Below, one piece after another: positions 1 to 13,240 of a stretch of 64,000 bases of DNA (the first letter of the stretch is position 1; each line of letters opens with the position of its first letter). Where the stretch lies: positions 124,001-188,000 of the forward strand of contig MU053884.1 of NCBI GenBank assembly GCA_013239625.1, read 5' to 3'. The position numbers were made by a program, and so were the translations under genes. This DNA is from Lama guanicoe (lineage: Eukaryota). The notes under the pieces were generated by a model, which was not told the DNA's origin, did not search any database, and saw only the letters and a list, made by a program, of their open reading frames with translations.

Positions 1-3000
1 TTTTGTTTTGTTTTCAGGAGGCCTGAGTTGCGGATGGGAAAAGAGTTGAGGGTGGGCTGAGGAAAAAAGTGACACTCCCTCTCCTCCCAGCTGAAACTGA
101 TGAACAATGAAATCAATTAGCTGTATCGGTATTTGACTAATAGAAGTCAGACAGCCCGAAATGTTATGCCCAATGGAATGTACTGAATTCACCTGCAGAA
201 TTAGGTACTTTACCAAGTAGAAGCAGCTTAGAGCAATCAGAAAAATCAGTCCTTTGATGAGATATAAAAAGAATATAATAACTTTTATTTCTGAAAATTT
301 TCTACGTTAAGTTGGGTAGAGCTAAAATTAATTTTCAAGCACCAGGAGTCAAGAGTGTGGGTGGTTCTGTAGGATCGTTATTCAGGGATGTTTCTAGACC
401 CTGCTGGAGTGGCTGAAGCTGGCAGGAAAAGACCCAGAGCCAGGATTTGTCATTCTAGGGTGTCCTCCTTAATGGTTCAATGTGGGAGCCCATGATTGGG
501 TTAACAAATTGTAACAGACCCCAGAAGCCTGTCAACATTAAGAAGAAAAAAATGTGCTTAGTAACTGCTTTCAAGCAAACACCTGTGCATCCTCACTTCT
601 GTCTCCTTGCCATAAAAAGCAGAGACAATGACTTGCTTGCATAGTTCAGGTTTTAGATTGCACTCTGCTCATTGCACAGCAATGACACAGGCCCTCAAAT
701 ATAAAAGCTGAGCGTGCATGCTGTTAGATAGTCTATTATCCCCCAATCAAGGACCTGGCTGGTCTGGTGGTCTGCTTTGTAATCAACATATCTAAAGAGT
801 GTATCTTGTTCCCCTCTCCCCATGACTTCCCTAAAGGTAAACAAAGCCTTTATACTCTTTGTGGATTCTACACTCTCTGTCTGATCCTGTCTTTCCCTAA
901 GTTCCTGTTTACTATCACACACCTGTGAATGACTATTTCCTTTGATTATACACAATAAATATGGGAGCATTTGAGAGGCTCGTGGAGTTGGCTCCCTACT
1001 CCCTCTAGATTTCTTAACTTTTTCCACAGTCTTGAGTAATGCATTCCGTGTCGGTAAGACTTCTGCCAGCCAGAACCCACAGTTCCAGGTGAGAAGGATG
1101 GAGGCTTTATCTCTCCTACCCAAGGGAGAGAGAGAAGAGAATTAAGATCTGCTCCCCGGTGGTCCCTTCCAGCCCCAGGGACACTCGAGTTAACCTGCAG
1201 CCTTCTGGCCTCTGCTCACAGGGCCTCTGTACCAGGGCTGACCGTAGCCATTTCTTCCCTTGTCAACATTTCCTGTGCCTCTCAGAAGTTGGTCTCTTCT
1301 CTGCAGTTCAACCCTGGCAGATGTGAAGGTGGTCTGTGTGCTGGTGGGTAGTCACTTGGGGACTGCCAGGAGCCATGCTGATTCTCCTGAGTCTCTCACT
1401 CGGGGTTACAGAACTGTCGAGCAATGGAGGAAGCCCATTCAGGTGAGGTCAACATAGAATTACATCACTTTCATTTTATTTTTGAATTTTCAGTGGAGAA
1501 ATTATTTGTAGCAAACTGTTCCAGATTTTCAGCCGCCTGCTTTCCTTACCACCATTTCCTTGTTGGCTCTGGTCTTGTTTTAAGAACCAAGTTTCTTCTC
1601 TGGTCATTTGTAGCAGCTGGGCTTGCCGAATCCTTGACCTGCATTTGAAGCAGAATGCTTCTTCATGATGTCTAACTGATTTTTCTTGTCATGTCTGAAT
1701 ATTTCATGTACACTCAGCAACTGTTTCAAGTGAAATGCTCTTGTCCAATTTCGGTTCACTCACATTTGCTGATCTGCTGCTCTCATGCTGTTGGCAATTT
1801 CTTCTTCCTGTAATAAAAGCAAGCAATTTGCATTTACTATGGGAAGGTACTGGCCCGAGGTGCTTTTGTTATTAACAGTTTTATTACAATTCACCCATTA
1901 TGGTGTACAGCGGATTTTACTCTATGCCCAGGATTGTGCATCCCAATCAATCTTTGAACATTTTCATCCCTCCAGCAGGAAGCCCCGTATGCATAAGCTG
2001 TCATTCCCATCTTCCCCATCCTCCCCCACCCCCAGGGAGCCACTCTTCTGTCTCTGTGCATTTTCCTGTACTGGGCATTTCATGTAAATCAAGTCACTTC
2101 ATGTAAGTGGAACCGTCTATTGTGACTGACTTCTTTCACACTTAGTAATGTTTTCAATATTTGTCCACGTTCTGGCCTGGGTCAGTACTCTATGCTTTGC
2201 TATTGCTGAATAATATTCCACTGCATGGCTGGGCCCCTCTGTTTACCCATTCATCACGTGATAGACATTTGGATTTTTTCTGCTTTTTGGCTGTGATGAG
2301 TAATGGCTCCGTGAATATTCCTGTAGCAGTTTTTATGTGAACATTTGTTTTCAATTCTCTTACGTGTGTGCCCAGGAAGCAAAATTGCTGGGTCATTCAG
2401 AAACCAAATGTTCAACTCTCTGAGGACCAGCTAGGCTGTTTTCCAAAGTGGCCACGCTATGTTACAGCCTCACCAGCAAGGGCTGCTGTTTCTGCTTCCT
2501 CTGTGTCCTCATTAGTGCTTGTTATTATTTTTTCTATTATAACCTATTGTAGTGAGTCTGAAGAGGTTTCTCCTAGTGGTTTTGACTTGATTACCATTAC
2601 AGCTAGTGATATTGAACACTGTTTCATTGTGCTTATTAGCCATTTGTATATTTTCCTTGAAAAATATCTTTTCAGATCAGTTATTCATCTTTTAATTAAG
2701 TTGCTTTTTTATTGTTGATTTGTAGGATTGTTTTGCTTGTTTTTTATCTGTTTTGTTTTGTTTCTTTTTTTTTTTTGGAATTTTGGAGATACAAATTCCT
2801 TATCAGATAAATGATTTGAAAAAATTTTCTCCTTTGTGTTGGTTTTTCACTTTCTGGATGATGTCCTTTGAAGCAAAGATTTAAATTTTGATGAACTCCA
2901 ATTTATCTCTGTTTTCTTTTTTCCTTGTGCTTTTGGGGTAATATTTAATATGTGAGGTATTTTATTTAAGCTTTTATATATAACATAACTAAATTATTAG

Positions 3001-6000
3001 GACCGTTCTAGGAGATGGGTGCTGTTGTTTTCCCCAGTCTATGGAAAGGAGAATGAGATGCAGAAAATTTCACTGACTTAGTGTCAAAGCTACCCAGTGC
3101 TGTGGGAATTCAGACCCTCATGATTTCCCTAGCATCTGTGCTCTTCACCACCATGCTCCACTCCTTCCTGGAATCGTTAATGAAAGTCTTTCCTTTTCTG
3201 ATTTGTTGTTAGTTATTTTCTCATTGCGGACTTCATCTCCTCATTTTCTTTACAGAGAGCTCAGTATAGGTTTATTTTAGGTCTCATGTAGGCAGAAGCA
3301 TTGCTGTCAGTTAACTTTTTTATTACTCAATCTCCAGTGATGATTGCTGCTAGTTGACCTAACCAAGTCATGCTTAACTCTTTCCTGCTCATGACAGTAA
3401 AAACAGTCATGACTTACAGAATGCTCAAAAAAGAAAGTACTTGATTGATTTTATTTTGCTAACCAATCAAACCAATCAAATAAAAACCCTGGAGTTGATA
3501 CAGACTATAAGCCCTCCAGAATAGGGTCACTGTCTTCCTTGTGTTTCATTTGTTTGGTCACAGTGTCTGGTTAGTGCCTTGCTGTCCTGCAGTTTTGTTA
3601 GGATACGGTGCTCGTGAATCATTGTAAGGACAGAATTTTGACAACACTCTGTGTTGTTCATTTCATGAGGGAAAAGATAATATAGAAATACTGCTTAGAA
3701 CTATTTTAAAACTAAGCTTGGAATTTTAAGAAAAGTTCAAGAAACCATACAAAGATCTTTTTCACTAATTTTAGATCTATCTGAGACACATTATGTTACA
3801 TAGCAGACTAATTTATCAACCTGATTTGACAAGAGGAGTATATTATTAATCATTTGTTTTAGTTGAAATATTCTACCTGGGATAATGTAATCAGTGCCCA
3901 TAAATGAAAAAAATGTTTGTATTTCTATGCAGTATGGGAGCAGACTTCATATGTTTCTATATAATATATATGACTGTGTTTTAATCTGTCTGTCAGTGTT
4001 TTTAAAGTTTTTCAGCAATGTTGTAACTTTATAATTCTTCTAAGAAATTCACCCCTGTGTCTAGTGCAGTTTGTACTGTGTATCCTATCTTATGCATGGG
4101 ATTCAACTCTCCTCTCAGTGAGGAATTTCCTCTCCTACTGAGTTAGTAGCACAGTTAAAGTAACTGTGATTTCTAGGCTTTTGCTCTCCATGTGTTTGCA
4201 GTTGGCTGTCAATTACAATTTTCCCTTTCTTGAGTTTTCATTGTTCAATTAGAATTTTTGTAAATAACTATTAATATGTTGCATCAGTATCCCTAGAAAC
4301 TTAATGTGTTTGTGCTTTTCAGTTTTCAATTTAGGAAAAATGTAAATGCACCCTTGTTTTAAGTAGTCCTTTTTCACTAGATTCTTGTTTACCTCTTTAT
4401 AGTTAAAATAATTTCTTCCCAATTAATGAATCAGTGTGCATGTTTAAAAGATACTTTACTTTTTATTTTTCTTATTGTAACAGTTATATTCATTGTAGAG
4501 AATTTAGAAAATAAGGATAAATACAGTAATAACTTCACAATGGCCTCTAATCTCAACTGGAGGTACAGTTGTAAGGCTTGAAATTGAGAGTTACAAGTCC
4601 TCTCACGATGTTCTTCTTTTTCAAGTACGTTTTGGTTACTAAGACCCTCGAATTCCCTTATGAATTGTAGCAGCAGCTAGTCATTTACTGCAGAGCAGCC
4701 CGCTGGGATTGTGATCGAGACCACGTTGAAGATACGGATCACTCTGGGGAGCACTGGTATTCCAAGAGCACTGTCTTCTGATCCATGAATGTGTGTGGTG
4801 TGTCTGTCCAGGTATTTAGGTCTTTTTAAGTTTTTTTTTCAACAATGCTTTGAGATTACAGAGTATTATTTTACTTAATTTATTTTTTATATTTTTGCCT
4901 TTAAACTGAGGACAAGTGTGCAAGGTACCGGGATCAGAATTACATTTGAGCCCCGCCACTTGCTGCCACCATGGTCGCTGCACTCTTGCTTCACCCGCTG
5001 TACAATCTTGCACAGTATAGGGCCTCAGTAACTCTCTCTTCAATGAATGATTATATGATTGTTGGATGATGCTTGAGATTCCTTGTGATAAATTTTTTTT
5101 TCCATCTTTCCCCAATTCTTAATTATGTCCTTTCTCTTCCTTACCTCCATCCTTGGTTTCAGCCTACCTGTGGCATTGATTTTTCTTGTCTGCAGACACT
5201 TCCTTTCATTGGTTCACCATAATGTTACATGTGGGTTGTGGAAACTTGCTAGATATCAAGAAAGAGCAAATTCATTGCATGCTAGTATTTTTAGAGTGTG
5301 TTATTCTTTTATTGATTGAAATTAAATCAGGCTGACCCCCTGAGCCCTCCTGTGAGCTCTTTTCGCCTTCCTACAGGTGGTACTGCTCTGATTGCTGCAT
5401 GTGGCCATACCCCAGTCTTGGTTTTGGAGTTAAGTCACCGTCAGTGGAGCCCTCTCGTTAAAAAATGAAGAGAACATTTGCTCCTACTCCTTGGTTTGGG
5501 ACTTGGATGACATGAAGTACAAGATAAAGAATGGAGCCCCACCTCATTCTGACCCCTGCTCTTTCCGTTCATTTTTCCAGGGGAAAAGAGTACAATTCAA
5601 CAGTATAAAGATTGATTGTGAGCTAATGAGATAGACAAGACAATTGATTATTTATTAAATATCCTTTCATGCCAGAAACAAATATACACACAAAAAGCAC
5701 ACAAAACACAGTAGTACCGTGGTTACTAACGTGGGTCCGAGTTCGAGTCCTGCTCAGGAGTGACCAGTCCTGTGAGATGGAGAATTGGTAGGTCGGCTTA
5801 GCCTCTCCCAGACTTGTTTTCTGTCCTGCAGAGACAGGGCTCGCTTGGCGTCCCCCCCGTAGAGGTGCTGTGGGGTGTAATTGACGCGCGTGGGCAGCCC
5901 GAGCACAGCTGCTCGTTCCTCGTAAGTGCAGGATAGCATAGCTTTAGCGGTGATGGCTTTATGACCGCCCCGTGTAGACTCTCAGTGCTCCAAAGGGATG

Positions 6001-6593
6001 CCTTGTGGTTTGGAGATGGGATTCTCACTTCTGTAAATTCCCAAGGATTGTGTTATTGCACCCTGCTGATTTGAAACTATTCTTTAGAATGTACATATTG
6101 TAGATATATTTTTCAACCATGCGTGCTTTTTTCTTTTATTTATAGTTCCACCATCTCATCACTTTATGAGACTTTTCATGGAATCCATGAAACAGTCCTA
6201 AGCTACCTGCCTCTTCACACTTCTCCGTGGTGGTTTTCTTCCCTGACTGGAAGAGGGTTTTGCATAGGAAATTTTCTTTGTTCCCCTTTTCTTGGAGTCT
6301 CACTGTCTCTCTGCCCATCTCTCACCTGTCCATCTGTCCATGTATTTACCCACTCATTCTTCTGACTTGTTCTATGAACCATTTGAGGCAGCTTACAGAA
6401 GAACAGATACCAAACAAACAGGTGAGAAAATCGGGCCAATTTCAGACAGTGAGGCTAGGAGGTGAGCCTGTGTGAGGGTTGCTGGCATGAGACACACGCC
6501 TCGCCCTGTGACTTATAAGATCGACAGCAAGAGTGTGCCTGTGGCTCCCAGCAGACACAGGGAAACAGGGTTTGTGGGAGATGCTCACTGGCT
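1..6593 (+). repeat. Segmental duplication, copy A (direct repeat of 57426-64000)
   Basis: Colinear match over 6.6 kb, e.g. ttttcaggaggcctgagttgc at 11 and 57436, and gtgggagatgctcactg at ~6575 and ~63982. Many substitutions and small indels, about 85-92% identity by eye. Confidence 0.97.
1865..2960 (-). mobile_element. Old L1 (L1MB-like) 3' fragment; paralogous copy at ~59295-60340
   Basis: Typical antisense L1M 3' UTR and ORF2-end text (gctgaataatattccactg, gccatttgtatattttccttgaaaaatatc, tccttatcagataaatgatttg). Boundaries approximate. Confidence 0.8.
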
Positions 6594-7293
6594 GTGAAAT
6601 AAATAAGTGGCTTAGGAGAAGCCCAGCCTTTCCAGCTACTAAGGCTTAGGAGAATATTTTAAGTGTCTTCCAAAATCAGAGTATTTCATCTTTTCTTTTG
6701 TCACAGTTCTACGTATAGTTGGTTACATTGTATACCTGGAAATTTCTCCAAAAACTGCTTCCGAGTCCCATGGCTCGGGAATGGGGTGGTTCTGCTCATT
6801 GATGGGTGTTAGCCCGAAACAGAAAATGACAGCCTCAAAGGAGCCTGGGATTTGACAGTTGTGCTTTGTCAGTACTGTAGAGTTCAAAAAATCCTTTCAC
6901 AGTTTCTCTCCATCTGAGGTGGCAGTGTGCTCTCTTACCAGCATCAGGAGCTCAGGGCCACGGGATGGTGGGTTCTGACTGCACTGCCGTCAAGACAGCT
7001 AGCTAGTCACTGCAGGTGTGGTGCTTTTACATAGGGAATTCCATGTTCTTAAGAAGAATGTTTCAACATGTAGTTAATTAACTGAGTTAATTAACATTTA
7101 GTAAATATGATGCTTTGTTGAAAAGACAGTTATAGGCAGAATATAAACTGTGAAGACTTTAAAAACTATTTCATTACTGAAATTTCAGTGGGGAAGATAC
7201 ATAGTTTATCTTATTTTTCCTCTCTTTTAAAGTAACAAAGAAACAAGACAGAAAAGGCAGAGGATGATTTCTGTTCTTCCTCTCGGCTTGCAG

Positions 7294-7422
7294 GTGCCCT
7301 CACCTCCAGTAGCATCAATCCAGACACCAGCACTGACACTGGCCATGTGTCAGTGCTCAGAACTGCCTCAGCCCTGAAGACACAACTGATAAATAGAAGG
7401 GGGCCACACCCTGTTACAGCAG
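7294..7422 (+). pseudogene. TRAPPC9: TRAPPC9-derived exon (approx. human exon 6), disabled
   Basis: Polypyrimidine tract plus cag acceptor; ag|gt donor. Translates ALTSSSINPDTSTDTGH/NCLSPEDTTDK*KGATPCYS versus recalled TRAPPC9 [40 protein letters not shown]. Has an 8-nt insertion frameshift and TAG at 7394-7396. Confidence 0.92.
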
Positions 7423-8549
7423 GTGCTCTCACTTTGTGGGTCCTTATGTAACTGCACGGCGTTATTCAGGATCGCCCTTTATACATTGTGTGACGCTGCT
7501 GCCGTGTCTCCTAGTTACTTGTTTCTGTAAGTATTCATGTATTATTCTCCATTGCGTGGTACTACACACCTAAAAATGATTTTTACAGATGTAAAATAAT
7601 GTGCATTTAATATAATAAGTTTGAAAAAAGGGGCAAAAGAGGCTATACTTGTCCCGCTTCTCAGAGATAATAATTAACACGTTAACATCTTTTTTCTGTT
7701 CTTTTCGTCATTGTGTATCACCTCTGTTATAAAAAACCAGTGAGCACTCTGTGCCTCTTTACTGTGTGGAGACCTCCATGTTCCATTCGGCTTATTACAT
7801 GTTTTCCTACAATATTCTATCTCCCCTGGCATGATTTTTACTGACCAGTATAGCATTTTGTCTTGTGGAGGCAACTTCCATTTTCCTTCGGACTTAAATA
7901 AACTTTTAAATTCCAAGTATACTTAACTGAAATACTGAAAAGAGAACTGTGGTGGTACAGGATGGCCCCTACCTCCCTTACCTTTATTTCCTGATAGTAA
8001 AAGTTGTTGAAAATTTGGTATATATATTTCATGATCTTTATGCCTATGACATACATATATATACACATGTGAGAAATCTATGTATACGTATGTGTATATA
8101 TGCTTTATTTAAAAGTGAGACCATACTATATGTTTTCTGCCGCTTGCTTTATTCACTTGGGTATATCATAGACGTCCTTCCACTCCAAACTCACCCAGTC
8201 CTTTCAGATAGAGTGGAGTGTTCTCCCAATGTGTGGGAGTGGTCTCTTGTCCATGGATACCTTTCGTGGGACAGTGCTGTGGACAAGGCCCTGGAACATG
8301 GCGAAACGCCGGCTCCCTCAGAGTCCGCAGCTCGCCGTGATTTACCGCATCATTGTCTTGATGGTGGACACTTAAGATTTCTCCATTTTCCACTGTCAGA
8401 AAAGATGTTTGACTGGCATCCTTCTTCTACAGACATTCCTGTGATCTTGTATGAGTATTCCTTTAGTTATGGCTTCTGGAAATTTAGTCCCTGGATGTGA
8501 CATTTACATTCATTACAGACTCCTTTCAAGTGACTCTAGAAATTCCTTC

Positions 8550-9960
8550 TCCAGTGGGGAATGAAAAGATGTGCAGTTAATTATGTAACAAATTCTCTAT
8601 CACTGGATATGATTTCACTTCAGTTTTCTTCCCACCATTGTAAACAGTGCTGTGTTAATGCCCTGATGGGTACATCTTTTTGAATGATTTTTTTTTCCTA
8701 AAGAAAACGATTCCTAGAAGTGGAGTTGAGACAGTGTGTATGTACGTTTTTCAGAGTTTACATATCCATTGACATTTCGTCCTCTGAAAAGGTCGCTCAT
8801 GGTTTATTCACCCACAGATGGACACTAGCTAGAATATCTTTTATAAATATTTGCCAACATGATGAGCAAAAGTGTTTTTTCACTGTTTCAGTTTGCATTT
8901 GATGACCAATGACGTATTGAGCATTCTTCACTCATTAGCCATTTGACTTTTTTAAAATGAATGATTCCTTTTTTCCTTTGCACACATTTAAGTGAGGGAG
9001 CTTCTTGTTGCTTTGTGACAGCTCTTTGTATGTTATGAACATTAACTTCTTGCCTTCATCAACATGTATCACAGAGCTTTTTCTTGTCATTTCTTGCCTT
9101 TCATTTTGTTCAGGAGGCTTTTTATTTTTGTTGTAGCTCAAAATATTCTTATGCTAGTAAATGTCTTCCTTATGGATTTAATCTTTGGCATTATTTTTAG
9201 AAATACTTTCTTATAATGGAATAAATCTCTTCTGTAGATTTTTTAATCTCTAAGATGGAGATGATAATAGTATTTGTTATAGTGAGGGTAAGTTGAGTTT
9301 ATAAGAGCAAAGAGTTGTATTTGCTGTTATTAGTACTTTTTAATATTTACATTACTCTCTGTAATTTATCCTGTGTCATTATGACAGGAATAAAATTTAT
9401 GCTTCCCAGGTGATTGTCTGTTGTCCCAGGACAATTATGGAAGTCACACTATTCTCTTTGATTTGAAATCCCACCTGTACCAAATACCTACATACACTAG
9501 AGTCTCTTTTTGAGCTCAACATAGTTCCTTCAATCTCCCATTCTTACTCCAGCACCATATCTTACATATTGTAAAAATTTATTTAATAACTGGCAGTCTG
9601 ATTTTTTTGATTCTTTTCTTCCATCCCAAATTTTCTTGTCTAGTATTATGACTTTATTATTCCTGAAGAATTCCAAAATATTTTGTTCAAGTTAAAAAAA
9701 ATTCAGATTGGAGTTTTCATGGTATTTTTTTGTAAGTTTTGAATTATTCTTAGGAGAAGTTACATCTTTATAAAACTGCTTTCCTCCATGCAATATGTCC
9801 ATGTCTCTGCATTCACACCTCTTACTTTACCCCTAAGTACAGTCCTGTACTGTCTTCATTTAGAACATGGGCATTATTTTTAATTCATTCCAGATTATTT
9901 TTTATGTTTTTGTTAATATTGTAAGTGATAATTTTTTGCTATTATATTTTTAAATGCTTA
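8550..9960 (-). mobile_element. Highly diverged L1M (L1ME-like) fragments
   Basis: Degenerate antisense L1 motifs (gtttgcatttgatgaccaatgacgtattgagcattcttc; gttgtcccaggacaattatggaag). Confidence 0.55.
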
Positions 9961-10966
9961 AAACTGACTTTTAGTAGGGAAGATTCGGTTGTAAATACTT
10001 ACTTTGCAAATTGTCATTTAAAATTGTAAGTATTAATTACTTGTTCCAGAATCCTTTCTTTTCTGTTTTTAAAAATTCGTTTCCAAGATTCTCAAAATGG
10101 TCATAGCTAACTAGTATAGGTAGGGAGACAAATCGAGAGAGGTAGTGTTGCTCATGTACAGACTGAGCAGTTTCATGGCTGCCTTTAGGCTGGAGAAGCC
10201 ACAGACGAGCCCAGGTTAGACAAGGGGTGGCTTTGTATGCACTTGAAAGCCAGCTTTCCTGCCTGTATGGTGGAGCCTGATGGGCGTGGCAGGTAGTTGA
10301 TCAAGGTCTGATCAAGGTCATTGGCTGCACAGAGTGCTGTGTCTGTGAGAACTAGCGACCATTGCCATGGGAAATGCTTGGTGCCAGGAACACTGTAGGG
10401 GAGCTGGAGAGCCTGTGTGTTAAGGATTTTCCAGTCCTGTGAGTGGGAAGGGCAGAGTCTGCATTCACATCTGAGTTTGAATTCATCTTCTTTAGTTTTC
10501 TTGTCCTCTGACTTTTGTCAAGTTATACATCATCTTTGAACTCCTGTTTTCTTGTCTCTCTAAACAGGAGAATAGCGGCCTGCTGCTAGAGTGTTTGATC
10601 AGGGTAAATGTTTTATGTCTAGAAAATGCCACATACAGTCCCAAGCTCAGTGAGAAATGGGCTGTCGACTCTTCCTCTGCATCTCAGTGCTCGACAAGAC
10701 ATCGGGGGAAAGCCAGTCCATAATATTCATGTGATGCAAGGAGGAAAAAAATTAGCATCTTGCCTTTCCCTTGCAGTATTCTTACTTCTTTGCTTCATTT
10801 ACCTCTTTCCTCCTTTACTCTCCCTTTTCACCTCCTCCACCAAAAGAGACTGAGACTCTCTCACAACACTAGATTCAAATTACTTTAAAAGTTTGCTCAT
10901 CCCCATGAAATGACTGTGATATAAAAAAAAATCTGTACACATCCCAGACTTGATTGTATTTGATTT

Positions 10967-10989
10967 ACACACAAACACACACACACACA
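10967..10989. repeat. (CA)n microsatellite, imperfect
   Basis: acacacaaacacacacacacacaa. Confidence 0.85.
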
Positions 10990-12343
10990 ATCAGGCTACC
11001 TCCCATTTGCTGAGGGAGAAGGACCACTTTTTCTGAGTTTTCATTCACTGAGTGCGAGAGCAAAGTCTCTTAAGCAAAATTTCGCCTGGCTTCGTGCATG
11101 TTTTTTTAAATTGGATTTCTGCCTTGTGTCCATAGAAATATTCTCCTATTAGAAGAGAGGAAGTGGAGACATAGAGATTCTGCTGAGATATTGGTGTCAT
11201 CATATTTGAGTTGGAAAGGACTTAAGACAGCATAGATTCGTAACTTCTTATGGGTGAGAATCCATGATAGTGTAACTTGAACAAGAACCAGGGTCTTCTG
11301 TCTTCGTGTCCACGTGGATGAAGAGGCAACTGGGTGGGGGGCGGCAGGGATCCTTCTTGCTTGTGATCCAGGGTCTTGCGTGTTTTCATTGCTCAACTGC
11401 CTTTAGCTTATTTCCATGTGACCTCTCATGGGAAGGTCACTCTGTCCTGATAGATTGAGTTTCTAATCAGCAAAAAGGTCTGGACCTACTCATGGGTCCC
11501 AGTGTTTTTCTGCTGACCTGTTGACACTTTATAAAAATGAGACGTAAGAAACTACTGGATATAAAATCCTTATTGTTTTAGTTTTCCCTGAAGTTCCATA
11601 GGAATGGGGTGCTGTCTCAGGCTGTCTAAGGCTAGATCTGAACAAAGACAGGGTGATAGGCTTTGCTGCTGGACCGTCCAGAGTCGAATGGGATTTCCAC
11701 CTTAGGTTTTAGAATCAAGCAGATTAGTTCAAATCATGCCTTTACCAGTTATTAGCTTTGTGACCTTGGGGAAGAAACTTTACTATTTTGGGGTCCATTT
11801 TTCTTTATCTGTAAATAAGTTCAGTATTTATTTTAGGGTTTTTGTTTTAGAATTAAATGAAATAATTCCTTCATTTATTCCTAAAGTACTGAACACATGG
11901 TTCTATGCTGGTGGCTTAGTAGTTGATTACTAAGGGACTCAGCAGTAAGAATGGGGGTGGGGGCCCCTGGATCATAGAGCTTATATTCCAGGATATGCCT
12001 GTAAAAGACTGGATGTGCAGTGGATTTTTAGTAAATGTCCACTTCTTTCCTAATCCCCATTGATTGTGTATTTATGTTTATACTAACATATGAAGAATTT
12101 TTTATTGCAATTTAAATCTCTTTGTAGTATTTAAAGTATGTAACTATAACAAAAATACATGAAATAAAATGATTTGAGTTTTATTTTCCTTTCAATAAGC
12201 AAAACAAAATAAAATACAAAAGAAAAGAAAAAGTTTTGAAGGAGTGGAAATAATTTTATTTCTGTGGAATCAACAACCTTTGTTAGGTTTTTCGGTTGTG
12301 TTGTTAAACAGCATATAAAATTGACAGGTTGTGACTTCAGTTT

Positions 12344-12554
12344 GGTTTTTTTTTTAACATTTTTTGTTGATTTATAATCATTTTACAATGTTGTGTCAAA
12401 TTCCAGTGTTCAGCACAATTTTTCAGTCATTCATGGGCATATACACACTCATTGTCACATTTTTTTCTCTGAGATTTATCATAACATTTTGTGTATATTT
12501 CCCTGTGCTATACAGTGTAATCTTGTTTATGTATTCTACAATTTTGAAATCCCA
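12344..12554 (-). mobile_element. 5'-truncated lineage-specific L1 3' end with target-site duplication
   Basis: Poly-T (antisense tail) followed by L1 3' UTR text (ttttacaatgttgtgtcaaattcc...tttccctgtgctatacag). Flanked by the 13-bp direct repeat gtgacttcagttt at 12331-12343 and 12555-12567. Confidence 0.85.
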
Positions 12555-12702
12555 GTGACTTCAGTTTTGATAGCTAGGTGAGTATAGATTCTTTTTGTGG
12601 TTGTCTTTGATGAATTATTTGCACTAGATCATAAATTATGTGCATGTTACATATTGGAAACAAGGAAACAGTGGAGACATACTACCTCCAATGCAGTCAT
12701 TT

Positions 12703-13240
12703 TGATACCGAGTTAAAACTCATTCTGCTCGCCGCATGACAGGCCAATAAACGATGAGATGAGGTGTTGGAGCAAGGAATAGTGAGTTTATTTGCAAAGC
12801 TGGCAGACCCAGAAAATGGCAGACTGATGTCCTGGAGAACCATCTTCCCCAAGTCAGAATTCAGTCTCCTTTTATACTAAAAAGGGGCAGGGGTGTGGTT
12901 GATTGTTGCAAACTTCTTGCTGTATGAATTGTTTGTCCTTTGAATCTGCTGTTCTTGCAGCTGTCCATGTGGATCAAATCATTGTGCCCCTGTAAAACCT
13001 CCAGGAAAACAAAGGTTATTCTCAATATTGCAACTTGCCATCTCTACATAAGTGCAGATGAGCTAACATCCTTAAAGATCAGAGCTTGGAGAATAGGCTC
13101 TCATGTAGATTTCAGGCTAAAGGCAACTTTCTTTTACAAATGGTGCAGATCTAGCAAGACTGAGACTAGAAAACAGGGCACAGGGTTAAAGCCAAAGGAA
13201 AAGATCTAACATGGGGTCAAAATTGTTCTTTTCTATTACA
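12703..13240 (-). mobile_element. Solo ERV1-class LTR (same family as 33318-33800)
   Basis: TG...CA ends (tgatacc...ttaca), near-perfect 4-bp TSD attt/attc, minus-strand TATA (ttttatac) and AATAAA (tttatt). Reverse complement aligns to 33318-33800. Confidence 0.85.

Noticed and set aside
7949..8500. 183-aa ORF
   Set aside because: Non-ATG start, overlaps decayed repeat and low-complexity sequence, no recognisable homology.
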